Below, one piece after another: positions 40,013 through 53,200 of a DNA stretch of 64,000 nucleotides. The stretch lies in assembly GCA_044892525.1 (NCBI GenBank), contig CM097888.1, positions 34,224,001 to 34,288,000 of the forward strand, written 5' to 3'. Each line of letters opens with the position of its first letter. The first letter of the stretch is position 1. The position numbers and the translations under genes are program-made. The stretch is from Schmidtea polychroa (lineage: Eukaryota). The notes under the pieces were generated by a model. The model had not been told where the DNA came from. It searched no databases and saw only the letters and a list, made by a program, of their open reading frames with translations.

Positions 40013-40757
40013 TCAATCAGTGGCGGCTAACAGCTCTTCGAGGTCGAAAAACTCGGAAGCGTTCTCTTCCCAAGTGACTCCGGCGGCAGAGATAATTCGC
40101 CCAGTCACTTCAGATGTGGGGACTACTGTTACCGAAGGAACGTTGACTACATCTAAGAGGTTCGTTAGGGGTATATTGGACTTGGCAACCATCCGTTCTC
40201 GTTGTTTTCTTTTTCGTTCAGCCCTAGACATTTGCCGACGTTTCGGTTTGGATGTTGCTGTGTTGGTCGGAATCGCCTTAGACGTAGAGGCGAGCACCGG
40301 GGATACCTGACTTGTACCCATGAAAATGAGATCTGGTTGTTTGGGTGAGAGCTGAGTCTCTACACATTCCTTGCAGGACTTTTTGGCAGGAGACGACAAT
40401 TTTGACGAAGTATCATGTTGCGCCGGAAAGAGTTCGTTGGCGTCTTTGATCGGGATTTTTACTATCTTTCGGGTAGTAGTTGCCTGCAGATAAACTTTAT
40501 GCAGTGCTTCGGACTGCTCCTTGATCAAGCTCCTCTAGGAGCGACTTTCAGCGATCAAAGCATCTCGACAGTGCTCGCTCCGGTAGAGCTTCTTCTGGAT
40601 CTCCTTCATCCGAGCGGGACTAAACCATGTCCCTTCCAGCTCGTCTATCTTCCTTTTGTAACGTCCAATCTGGGTTTGCAGATCTTTGATAATGGCGTTT
40701 TTATCCGCGCAAGAGAAGCACGGACGTAACGCGGGTTTGGTAGTTGGTATCATGCTC
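40013..40757 (-). CDS. Hypothetical cargo protein of the insertion, with one in-frame TAG (40537-40535)
   Basis: ORFs 40535-40855 and 40013-40528 share a frame (...ESRS*RSLIKEQ...). Features: CFSC, coiled coil, CKEC, basic RAERKRKQR, acidic end. The start is uncertain. Confidence 0.45.
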
Positions 40758-43683
40758 GCTATAAAGAATAAGGTTAAGACGTAATATATGCATGGTTGAA
40801 GAAATACGTGGAATACGAATAATCGACTGCCCGTGGATATTCGGCCGATAAACAAAAATGAATCTCCTTACACGTCGATTTAAATTATTTACAAAATTAC
40901 TTGATTCAATTAAATAATACTAGTTTGACGGATAAAATTCTTTACTCAACCGAACTATACTAATTTGACGAATGCAATTCGATTAATACAGGTTCATGGG
41001 TACCTTTACAAATCCTAACCCTCTTCTTGTCGTTTCTGATACCGGTTAGTCGATATAGTTTATAACATTTAATACCATCAGAAAATAGTAACATTAGAAC
41101 GATCCTGAATAGGAATGTTATTACCCCCCCCCCCTTATCATAATTCATTTTGAAATGGTAACTTATTTATTACGGTTACTATTGGGAATTACTAAAGTGA
41201 AATTTTCTGCTGTTAACATATGCTATCATAATTCATTTTAAAAAATGGTAAATTATTTATTACGTTCGATGGCTACAATTTCTAGAGGGAATTTTTACAC
41301 CTAAATCTAATGTTATTTTAAGCATTCGAGATGATTAATTAGTGGATTATTCTGTACATGAGTTTGGTGAATTTTTACGCCTTAAGATATCGACTATGGA
41401 TTATCTACTCAGTTTGCACTGCAACATTTCTCAACCCCTATCTCAGTGACATACGCGGAATTGACAACTGGATTTCATTTCTCTCGAGGCAACTGCCAAT
41501 TCACTACCACTTGTCTGTTATTGACTTGTGAAAAATTCATGTCGTTATATCAGATGGCAGAATCAATATTTTGGTTGAAGATCCTTATCTCCCCCGGGTG
41601 TGTATTCTCAATGTCGGTTACATGACATGCATGTCTATCTGTCGTGTGTATCCTACTCTGTCAACGTGCTGCTGATCGTTTCACTACAAATTCCGTGAGT
41701 TTATCTTGTTCAATATGTTTTTTATCGTTATACGGTTACTCGCATAATCTACTCTCACCGTATGACTAGTCTCAGAAAATCGTTGATCTATGCTACGGTG
41801 ATCTCTCATCATGGATATTTTTCGTTTTCGTCGTTGTTACTGGGATTTTTCTGACTATCTAAATTATCGATGGAAGACAACAACAAGAAATTCTCTAGCA
41901 CTCGGCTCTCTTATTGTACTGTTGGAATTTATTCGTTTGGCAGGCTACTATGCTTCTCGCAATTATGATCCTATCTTGATGTATTCACTACGCTGAACGG
42001 ACGTGATGTTGAGTTGTTGTTTTCGAAAATAAATATCGGTTCGATGGAATCTACTCTTAACCATTCGCAATTTTCCCTCAAGTGTTATACGTTCAATAAT
42101 TTCGGGTAGACAAAGTGAAAGCCTAGTTCTCATTTGTAACGATAAATGTTGTTAGATGGATTTTTGGTATTTTACATTTTTATAATAATTAAATATTTAT
42201 AATAATTTTGGAATGTAATATTAGATGGATTTTTGTAGGCTCTTACATTTTTTAGTTTTGAAATAGTTGAAGTTTTAGAAGACTTTTGGAACATGACATG
42301 CATTCTGGACAGACTAAATGACCTTGGGTGTATGATAACGGAATTCCAGGCGAAATTAGTTTTACTGAGTTCGGAAAATAGACGTTGTAATAATCAATTT
42401 GATAAAACCATGTTTCCAGATGAAGTGCACTATGAGATGACGTTACCCTTGACGAAATTTACTAAATCATTGTCTGGATTTCATTTTCCAATAGGTGTAA
42501 GACTTACGAAAACGACTTGATGAAAGAATAATGCGACGCTCTCAATCACTGTGCGAATTCTCGAAAAATCCCTCCGTTCATACGGCTATCTCTGTGAAAT
42601 CATTGTCTGCCTGTTATTCCTTGAGCAATACCCCATTGTGATAATTTAGTCGCACCTTCAGCAATTGGACCCGTGAAGAAGCCTTCACATTTCGGCCCAA
42701 TCTAGCTGCGTGATTGAAAAACTCCATGTCCACCGGCTGAGCTCCCGAAGGCACCTCACACCATGACATGGAGTAGTTCAACTCCACGTTCCTCGTTACT
42801 TTAAACAGCATAAAAAGATACTTCATAAAAATAATCATAAAAATAGTTCAATTGCTCAATCATATCGAATTAATACTTTAAGATCTTTAAATCATTTAAT
42901 TTATCAAATTTACTAATCGGGATCAAGTGAAAAGAAAATCAAGTGTAACTTTCAAAATTTTAATTATTCAATAAATATACATAGTTATTGTTAACTTTAA
43001 AATTAAACAAAACAAATGAAATACAATCCCTTACTGTCGAGTTAGGCTGAATCGAAATATAAGGATCGTCTTTTCCAAAGTAGTTAACTGGTTTCGAAGC
43101 TTGTAGTCGGGTTCTATTGATAGTTGATTTGATGTGTGAGTCGTTGCTGTCGCTGAGTACTTATGAGGTTTTCGAATGGTTTCTCTGATTTATTGAAGGT
43201 TTTCTGGTTCTAGAGTCAGTCCTGTAATGTTTTCAAATTAACACTGACACTTATGCTAAAATTTCTTTACCTGTAATGTTTTCAAATTAACACTGATTTT
43301 TATGATTTTGGCGTCGGTTTATATACCAATTTTTCATTTTCGCGGACCAATCAAAATTGAGTACCGCTTATTTTATTAAATTAATTTGTTTTTTCCTATT
43401 TCTTTGGATATTTTACTTATTTTCCTATTTTTATTATATCTTTTATTTATTTCCTAAATTCCTTATTATTTATTGCGTTTTGCGGTATCTTATTCATTAT
43501 CTTATTACTTTATTTTTTTTAAATTTTTTAATTTTAATTTTTTGTTTTAATCTTTATATCCTATTTTATGGTTTATTTTATGTCTTGATTTATTTATTCC
43601 TAAAATTGGTGGTCTTATTTTATTTTATTCGCCTCTTGTCTATCTTATTTTTCGACGATTATGTTTTCCGATTCAGCCCAACA

Positions 43684-44494
43684 TTTTGAAGAATCCGTCA
43701 GGCCTCTTTTTGAAACATCTCTCCAACCATATGTTCATCATTTCTTCATCCATCCATCCCTTTGCGTTGGTTTGAATGATCACGTTGTTGGGAAATGCCT
43801 CTTTTGGCATGGTTTTCCTTTTGAAGATTATCATTGGAGGAAGCTTCCTTCCATCACCACAGCATGACAGCACGACCGTAAAGTGCGATTTCTCGTGGCC
43901 AGTTGTTCTTATGTTGATCGTTTTCTCACCTTTGTTATTGAGAGTTCGGCCCAGAGGAATATCGAAGGTGAGTGGAACTTCATCCATGTTGATAATATGA
44001 TCTGGAATGATTTCATATTTCGCGACTTTTGAATAAATGAATTCACGAAAATTCCGGATTTTTTCGACGTAGTCAGCAGGCAGTTGTTGACACATGGTCG
44101 TTCTTGATCTGATGCAGAGCTGCTGGCGCTTCATGAAACGAAAACACCAAGATGGTCCACCAATGAATTCATCAATTCCCAGATCATTCGCTATTTCTTT
44201 GGCCTTAAGACGAACTTGGACGGTTGATATTCCGCGACCTTGAGCTCGCTGCTCCACAATAAACTTAGAAAGCTGATTATCCAGTCCTGGCCATCTTGCT
44301 TTATGACCTCGATTCGCTCGCTTGGTTCTTTTTGTCAGCAACAGCGCATCTTTTGATTTTCGCCAGTCTCGAACTAGTTTTTCACTAATATTAAATCGCC
44401 GCTCAGTCGCTCGATTGCCGTTTTCCTCAGCAAATTTGATAGTTTGCAGCTTAAACTCGGCAGTGTACGATTTCCTTGTTTTGTTGGAACTCAT
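43684..44494 (-). CDS. pogo transposase, N-terminal part (Brinker-like HTH, CENP-B HTH, first catalytic D in NMDEVPLTFD)
   Basis: Translation MSSNKTRKSYTAEFKL...FIGGPSWCFRFMKR...NMDEVPLTFD...GWMDEE. Confidence 0.92.
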
Positions 44495-44991
44495 TTTGCA
44501 CTAAACTTTCGGAATATTTTAATTTGAAAAATTAAATTGTTTTGACAGGAAATCTATTACAGCGGTCTTATATACACTGCCATCTGGTGATTAAAGCTGA
44601 CATTTGTTTGATGGGCTCTCAAATTTCGGATCCAGGGTCCGAAATGACCAATCAGATCGGCAGTTAAACTGACACGCCAACATGGCGGCAGTTCGCCTAG
44701 CCTAGACATCCTGTAAGCTTGGTTTACGAAATAGGCTATATGGCGTCTTAGATATATTATAATGATGGTGATGGTTTATGATTGTATCATATTACAAAAA
44801 GGGCCTTTGATAACCACGGCATCAATTATCAGTTCATCAAAGACAGAACAGTCACAAATTGTTGATTACATTTAGATTTATTATAGAAACGGCACGTGAT
44901 TAAACTTATTATATAAGTCGCTCCTTTATTTAAGTCGCAGCACCGTCAGCGTCTGAAAAAAACCGCGACTTATAGACCGGAAATTACGGTA

Positions 44992-45284
44992 GGCATTTCG
45001 TTTTATTGATATAAATAATTTCTCTCTAAATTAAAAAGAAATATTCCACGTTATTAAATACTTGCGCTAAATGATTTTTGTTCTCACCTCTTCTCTTTAG
45101 TGTCTTTAATTAAACTTGGCGACCACCACCGAACAAAGTAAACATTTCCGCAGAGGCATGCTTATTACTGTATAAGTGCAACTTAAATAACGAAGCGACT
45201 TATATATTAATTTTTCCAAAATTTTAGCCATTTTTTACAATTGCGACTTATACACAGGAGCGACTTATTACCCGGAAATTACGG
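44992..45284 (+). mobile_element. 3' end of a host pogo copy (left remnant at about 38570-38616)
   Basis: Reverse complement of 38617-38909 with about 4 mismatches by my count. Ends in the TIR ...CCGGAAATTACGG followed by TA. Confidence 0.88.
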
Positions 45285-47598
45285 TAAATAAATATATGGG
45301 TACTAGAAAACGATGGATTAATAAATGACTTTGAATTACAACTTTGACTTTTAAAACTTAATAAAAAATATATAATTTATTCCATAATAGCTGCAGAAAT
45401 TAAAACAAAGAACTTAAAAACTATCGGAATCTTTTGTAAAAACAATAAATGTTATTAATTCCATCAGTACTTTACAATACAATTATTTCGAATACGAATT
45501 TATTGAAACAAGTAATTATGAAGTACTTGGAAACGACAATGATGAAAAATTTTGTAAAATCGTAAAATCACTGATTCTTGGTCAAAATCTAAAAGAGGAA
45601 AAATGAAATTCTACATTGAAATCAAAGTTCTCAGATTATAAACAAACAAAGAAAATAATATTCTTTCTACAAATGAAAAATAATCCAATGACTGAAAATC
45701 TATTAGTAAAATTGAGGGAAATTTTTATGGTATCAGTCTTCGATTTCAAGAACGCTATTATTGTTGAAGAATTTAATAAGAAAAACACAGTTTCTCTGCA
45801 GAATCTTATAAAAGACAAATACTTAAGAGATAGAAGTTTATCTGAAGCATTGCATAATTTATATTCAAATCATCTAAAACACTAGTGACAGGTCATTTTA
45901 TCAGAATTATCCACAAAATATTTCAAGATGCACAAGTTCTTCAAACGAAAAAATATTTATAAACAATTGCCAAAATGGGAGAAAAATTAATCGATCGAAG
46001 GAAAGTCACTTTCATTTTATTTAGAATTCTAGAAATTTGCAGCTTTGACAAAATTCCAATTCTCGGAAAGAATGATGCAAAAAGGTTAAGCAGCAATCGC
46101 ACGATAAATTCTGTTTCTATCACAGGATATTTGGTCTAAAAAAATGTCAACATCCATGTAAACAAGAAATAATGCCACGTGAAAACGAGAAAAGGTTCCA
46201 TTAAATTAGGTTAGTGGAATTTTCAAAGTTACATTTTTAGGTTTCGATCTAAGTAGATATAGGACCAAAGTATCGAGAAAGAGTATAGAGAACATCACAA
46301 CTATACAAAAACTATTAAATGTAAAAATCCCAAGATCATTCATAGGAGTTGTTGGCTACTACAGCTAGTTTACAGCAAACCTGTCAAAAATCGTCGCTTC
46401 TCTTCATGGTCTGATAACAAAAGTAGAAGTAAATAAAATTAATTTTATTTTGAACCATCACCACGACAATGCATTTCAGAAAGCAGAAGAAGCTCCAATG
46501 ACGACAACACCAATTGCATATCCTGATTTATATAAGTTTATATTTATATTGTGTTCAAATACATCTTCAACAGCAGTCAGAGCAAATCTTAATAAAAATT
46601 ATTCCAAAGAAAAACTTGAAACCAATTTCAATCTTTTCCAAAAAACTATCTAAATCAAAAATCAAATACTCAACGAATTACTCGCCATCTATTTAGGAAA
46701 AAAAAATTCCAAGCATTACTTACTATCAGGGATATTCACAACCAAAATAGACCATAAACCTCTGTTACACATAGTTTAAATAAAGGAACCATCAACTAAA
46801 CAGTGGAAAATAATTGAACACCTTTCTTATTTCACATTTTCCATTGAATACATCAAGAAAAAGGAAAATATGGTCTCGGATATGTTATAACGGTAACATT
46901 CAGACGAAATAAATGCTGTCAAACTGAACTGGGGTAGTTTTGGGTATTAATTTTCAGTCACGTTATATAGTTTCAACACGGTTACTTGTGTTAGTAGACA
47001 TGGGTGTATCGATGGTAAGAAAGCAAGATCATTTAGTGTTTCGAGATCAAGGTCAACATTGGAGTCATAGAAACGGAATGAATTATCAACCCGGTAAACC
47101 AACAGAACATTATAAAATATTTTTTACCTTTTATATTTTATTTTGTAGATTATAGAGAATTATTTTTCTATTCCAGTTGTTTTTTAACTTGTTTACCGTT
47201 TTTACCTGTTTGTTAAAAGTGGAAAATATTTTTATTTATTGAATGTTTTGTATAACATGCACAAATGAATTTTAGCAATAATTAACTTCAGGATCGAACT
47301 ATTTTTGTGGATAAATAAATTTAATATTCCATTAGGATTTTGTAAAAGTTGTTTTTATCTATAAATAAAAATTTGTGTTGAAACGTGATTAAAACTACTA
47401 AAACATTAATGTTATTAATGTAATACTTTCAAGATTCATTCATAAGAATAGCTCATTATTAAAAACATTTAATGAAATTATTTTTCATTTATTGTAATTT
47501 TGAAATTGATTTCAAAAAGTTAAAACATTCTTTCTTTAAATAATGTAATTTTATAACAATTATTTAAAATAATATTTTACCTCTAAAGTTCGGAAACT

Positions 47599-50208
47599 AT
47601 GATATTGTTAAAAATCTTTCTTCTGACCTGTTTATATATAGATTATTTTCAATGTCCACCAGTTCAACCTGCTAAAAAACAGGACGAATCAGATGTAGAG
47701 TTTGACAAATTAGTAATATTTCAGTCTTTATTTATTAATTTTATAAGATTGAATTTAGTTAAATTCAGTAGATTATGCATCGTATTTGTCAGAAGTAATG
47801 AATGAGTTGAATAAGGATGAACAATTCAGCAAACATATCAATTCCGCAAATTCATCAGTATAAATTTTAAATGTCTATCGCAAATTAATAATTATTTAGG
47901 AATCAGTCTCTAAAGCTTTGAATGTAGTTTCACCAGATATCAGAACTAAGTTAGATGAATTGAAGCGTTTAGAAATTATACGTTTGAATAAATTAGAAAA
48001 AGAAGTAAGGAAACGTAAATCGGATAAATATCATCCACATGAAATGCCAATGCCGCCTGTAAAACCTGTTGACATAACTCATCTTGATGATATTAATCCG
48101 GAATCATTTAGTCCAGATGATTTAAAAAAATTGATTGATAGAGTAATTTTTTAGATTTTTTAAAAATTTTTAAGTATGTTTTTATATTAAAATTTATAAT
48201 TAAATGTGATAATATCAATTGAGTATATTATCTGGAATTTTTCTATAAGTAATTCGCTTAACTGTTAACTAAACCAATATTGTAAACATCGATAAGAAAT
48301 AATATGCAGTAGAATATAATTTATAAAGAGTATTATATTAACTGTTATTATTTATGTATATCAACGTGATATTAGATGTGTTCAAGAAAATCAGAGAATT
48401 GTGTACAAAGGAATTCCTAAGATGGCAAAAAATTTTTGTTAAGGTTGGTTGATGTTGGCTTCTTCAGAATTAGTCATTTGCTTACTTGAATAAGATTTGA
48501 ATTTCTAATTTCTAATATTTCTAATAATTATTTAATCGATATGGATACATAGCTCTCTGCCGAGGCTATGGAGTGACCTGTTAGTTTCTTCAATATCGGT
48601 AGGTTTGAGTTTGTCTACCGATACTCGTTAGTAATTGAGTTTCAAATGTTTTAAAATCTAAATTTCGGCTAATTACCTTGTGTAGTCCGTCATATACGTG
48701 AGTGGGTTCCTTCAGGTCACTTAGTAAGAATTGTGAAAATTAATGGAAGCTCATTTGCCGAACTTCAGGAGGCATCATCTGAATGTGCTCTCATGGTTGC
48801 TTTAAGAGTTTTATGAAACCTTTCAACTTTGTAATTGCATTGGAGATGATATGGCGTTGTGTTTTGACACATATCTCTGTATGCAGCCGAGATAAATTGC
48901 TTGCCGTTGTCGATGAAGATGATTTCTGGAGCTGCATTACTCCATAACATAGTTTAAATAATTTGATTATAATAAATACCAACTCGATTAAACGAAGAAA
49001 ATCGATACACAGGAGGATCACAGTTGCAGAAAAAAAATACACGAGAAAAGTTATAGTTTAAAAGATTTAAGATTTTAAACCGAAACTTGGAATGGTTGAA
49101 AGCTTTTAATGAAATGTCGCTGTAATTAATATAAATATTAAATTATCAATATCAAATTAATATCAAGTTATCAATAATATATTTTATTTATAAAACATTT
49201 ACTGAGATATTATTAGATTAATTATTCTTTAATATTACGGCTTCGTTAAAAATTTTGATTAACAACAATTTGGTGCACTTCGAGTGTTGTAATGAACTTG
49301 CTATCGAAATGCAAGAAATCGGTCAACAATTAAACATGAAAGATTATGTACCCATGTAGGACAAATTGGTTGAAGATTTTGATGCCAGATTTTCTGATTT
49401 TGATGCAATTAAACCAGAACTAAAATTATTTAATAATCCGACTACCATCGACGTTGAAGAAACCGATATTAAATATCAAATGGAATTATGTCAATTGCAA
49501 GCTGACGAATTTTTTAAATCAAGGCTGGAGACAGGGGTAAATTTATTCAAAATGTTTCCAAACGACAAATATCCAAAATTGCGCGATTTGGGCTTAAAAT
49601 TAATTTCTATGTTTGGTAGTACATATATTTGTGAACGAGCATTTTCTGACATGAAATATATCAAATCTAAATATAGAAATTCAATGGCCGACAAAACACT
49701 AGAAGAAATTTTAAGAATTTCTTCAACTAAAATTGATATAAATATCGAAGTTCTTGTAGCTGCCCATATAAATAAGCAGTTTTCACATTAATAAATATTA
49801 TGTTAATATTTTTTTTCTTTTTTTTCTTGAACTATGAACTAATAAAATACTAAAAAAAATTATAAATGACTTTTAATTAAAATTTATAGTATATGGCCCG
49901 CCAAACCTACAAAAAGATAAAATTGGCACACATGTACAGAAAAGTTGGACAGCGCTGGTTAAAATTGATGTAATATTTTGTAATTTAAATAAGATTCCTA
50001 AGGATATGAAAAGCGAATGGTGAGATAAATAACACTGAAAATCCATGTAAGGATGATAAGCCTAAATTTGTTTTGGTATTGCCATAATCGACAGATTTTA
50101 CAGATTATAAAGGAATAATATTTAAATTATAATGAGTTATATTTAATCGATCTCTAGAGTTATGATCTCTATTCATTTTAGGTCTATTATTTTTAATTAT
50201 TTTGTCTC

Positions 50209-50287
<79 letters not shown>

Positions 50288-53200
50288 GTATTTATTTTCT
50301 TATAACTCACAGGCTTTAATATTATCGTACAATATTTTTTTAATTTTTAAAAACACTCAACAAGCAAATGAAGGCATATTCAAAGCAAAAGTTCCCCAAA
50401 GAGATGTTTTGATTGATTGGGTTGACTCTGCCTGGGAGCAGCTATCTCATGCTACGATGATTTCTGGATTTTCAAAACCGGGCTATATTGACAGACATGA
50501 AGGTATTGATGAGCCCCTGGGTCAGGACATTCAAGATTCCAATTTAGTTGGAAATAGCAGCCTTTATCTGCCTGATCAATATTTTGAATAAACATTCTAG
50601 CTTTCCGTAATTTGAATGTACGGTTTTAATTTTCATATATCAAACAGAAAATTATTAAAGGTGTGTGTTATAAGAAAATAAATAGGGTATATATATATCT
50701 ATCTCATTCATGACATTCGGTTAAAAATCCCTGCAAAATATTTAATTCTTTGGGAGTTGAGACTAACAATCCATCTCTCTTGGCTGATACGGCATATGGG
50801 AGTTCAAATGGTTTTAAATCTCGGTTTTCAAATGATGTTAAAAGAGCTATGTGCTGGTTTCAAATGAGAAAAGCAGTACATGATAAAGTAGTTGAAATAA
50901 AAGACAAAGTAATAGATGAAAGTATATTCTATAAGGCGAGTGAATATTTCATAAAATATGGTCAAAATCATTAAACTTGAAAGTTATTAAATTTATCAAA
51001 TATTATGATAAATAATGGTTAAAAAACATAATGGTTGGTTCGAAAAAAGACAACTACTATTAAATGAAACAATAGATGAAGAAGAAATCGGCTCAAATGA
51101 AATTGAAATAGTTGATTCTTAATTGCAAAAAAAAACGTCAACAAGGGACGTCCGAGCAAAAAGCAAAGAGTGGAAACAATTGAAAAGGAAACTGTTAATT
51201 AAGTTGAAAATGTACCTGAAGTCACTAAAATAAGGCGAGGTGGCCCAAAAAAATTAATTTCTATTTTTTTACTTAATCTTATATTTTGATATTTAAAGTT
51301 TTCTATGGCATTAAAATTTTAAAAAATAAAATTTGGAGATCAAATCATTAATTTCTGCTATCATTTTTATTAAATTAGGAGATCATTTAATTAATTTAAG
51401 GTATCAAAAATAATTAAATTAAGTGATCAAAAATTTTTGGAGATCATTTAATTAATTCTAGAGATCGATTAAAAATTATAATTGTGTAAAGCCGATAATG
51501 TGTTCATTAATAAGTCTCAAGCTCCGCTTAGATTGTGTTTGGATCTTGTGTATCAATTTACTTGTAATGGGTGCAACGTCACATACATTGGAAAGACATC
51601 CCTGTAATCCTTTAATTCTTATAATTGATTATCAATAAAACATAGCAGTAAATTAGCAAAAATTACTACGAAGACATTTAATTATAATATTAAAAATTTT
51701 TATTTTTATATATTAGACTACTGAAATTTTTAATCAAATTGATAAGAAAAATGATGAAAATTATAAATTGTATGAAATGGAGAAGGAAGCCAAAAAGCGA
51801 GCTGAATTAAAAAAGACATATTCAGATGCCAAATTATTGGAAGAAGCGCAAAATAAATGGTTGGAAGAACAGAAATTTAAGCATTCCAAACATAAAAGGA
51901 TGAACGAACCAGTTAGTTTACTTGATATTCATAATCATAATAATTAATAATAATAAAATAAAAATAATGAAAATATTTATAACAATAATAAAATAAATAA
52001 ATAAAAATAATAATAAATATAATTAATTAAAAATAATAACAATAAAAATTAATAATAAATACATAATTAATTAAAAATAAAATATAATAATAATAATATT
52101 GATTAGAATTATAATAAAATATAAAATTATAATAAAATAAATAAAAATAATGAAAATATTTATAACAATAAAAATATAAATAATTACATAATACATATTA
52201 TTATTAATAATAATAATAATAATATTTATAATAAAGAAATAACTAAAACCGATAACGGAATAAATAACTAAATAGCATGAAATCAAAATTAAATTTAATA
52301 GTTAAAAATATAAAAAATAAATAAATTGTTAAACGCAATTAAATTCAACTCTTCTTACAACATTTATTTATTATTTAAATTTATTTAAATTGTCTCGTTT
52401 TTTTCTGAAAATTTCAAGAGGGATCCACAAATCAATAAAAAATTCTGCCTTGAGAATGTTCTAAGATTGAACATTTAGTGATACATATATAAAAATAGGA
52501 AATTATAAAAGAAATTCGATTGACCAATCATGACTAAGAAATTATAGTGAGGAGTCAAGAGAAGTGAATAGTACAAATATCATTGCCAAATTTGCCCCAG
52601 AAAAGACTAAAAAATAAAAGACTGTTTAACTGTGAAGAATAAGGGCCCTAAACTTTATTTAGAAAAGATTTCCGTATGTATAACGAAGGAAATTGTTTTG
52701 TTTGATTTCTTAATATTCAAGTTAATATAAAATTTCAAAAATTATTTAATATTGTAATTTTTCTTTTTTCTTCATTTCGTGTTTATATTCAATTGAAAAA
52801 CTTTTTAAAAAATAATAAAAAATCTATACTAAAATTTGAATTAAAATAATAATAATAAATTATTTCCATGTGCTTTCACATTATGACTATTGGAAGTTTA
52901 ATTAATTAAACTTAGTGTTAAAGTCTATTTTGAAACTATAATTTTCTACTTTATATGCAAATCAATAAATTAAATTTATTTAAAAGAAATTGTTAAATCA
53001 GATAAAAATATGCATAATTTAATAAAAAAATCAGGTTATCGATTAAAATAAAAAATTAATATGAATAAATTCAAATCAATTATTTTTAATATTTAAAATA
53101 ATAAAAACAGTTTAAAAAGAAATAATTGGAAAAATTGGATAAAATAAGCATTATTCGATAGGATTTTCAGGTAGTTGTTACTGGAATATCATCTCGATTG

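Larger units (their letters stand above)
39440..43683. mobile_element. TG...CA-bounded 4244-bp insertion with 4-bp target duplication (solo-LTR-like or non-autonomous LTR-derived element)
   Basis: Ends TGCTGGGG / CCCAACA, flanked by TTTT at 39436-39 and 43684-87. I found no LTR direct-repeat pair and no RT or integrase. Confidence 0.8.
38617..44989 (-). mobile_element. pogo-superfamily DNA transposon (DD35D, POGK/Passer-like), interrupted by a 4.24-kb insertion
   Basis: TIRs CCGTAATTTCCGGgcaATAAGTCGC / CCGTAATTTCCGGtctATAAGTCGC. TA duplications at 38615-16 and 44990-91. Transposase halves lie inside. Confidence 0.92.

Noticed and set aside
41124-41134. C11 run as a polypurine tract marking a 3' LTR
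   Set aside because: The sequence following it on the minus strand does not match the element's 5' end, so no LTR pair results.
43357-43689. 110-aa hydrophobic membrane-like ORF
   Set aside because: A product of T-rich low complexity at the insertion end. The same applies to 52071-52286.
44578-44591. CTCF-like motif ctgccatctggtga in the pogo 5' region
   Set aside because: A single short match inside a transposon; not supportable without binding data.
50202-50591. 129-aa ORF with a YI repeat
   Set aside because: An (AT)n microsatellite read in frame into a pogo fragment.
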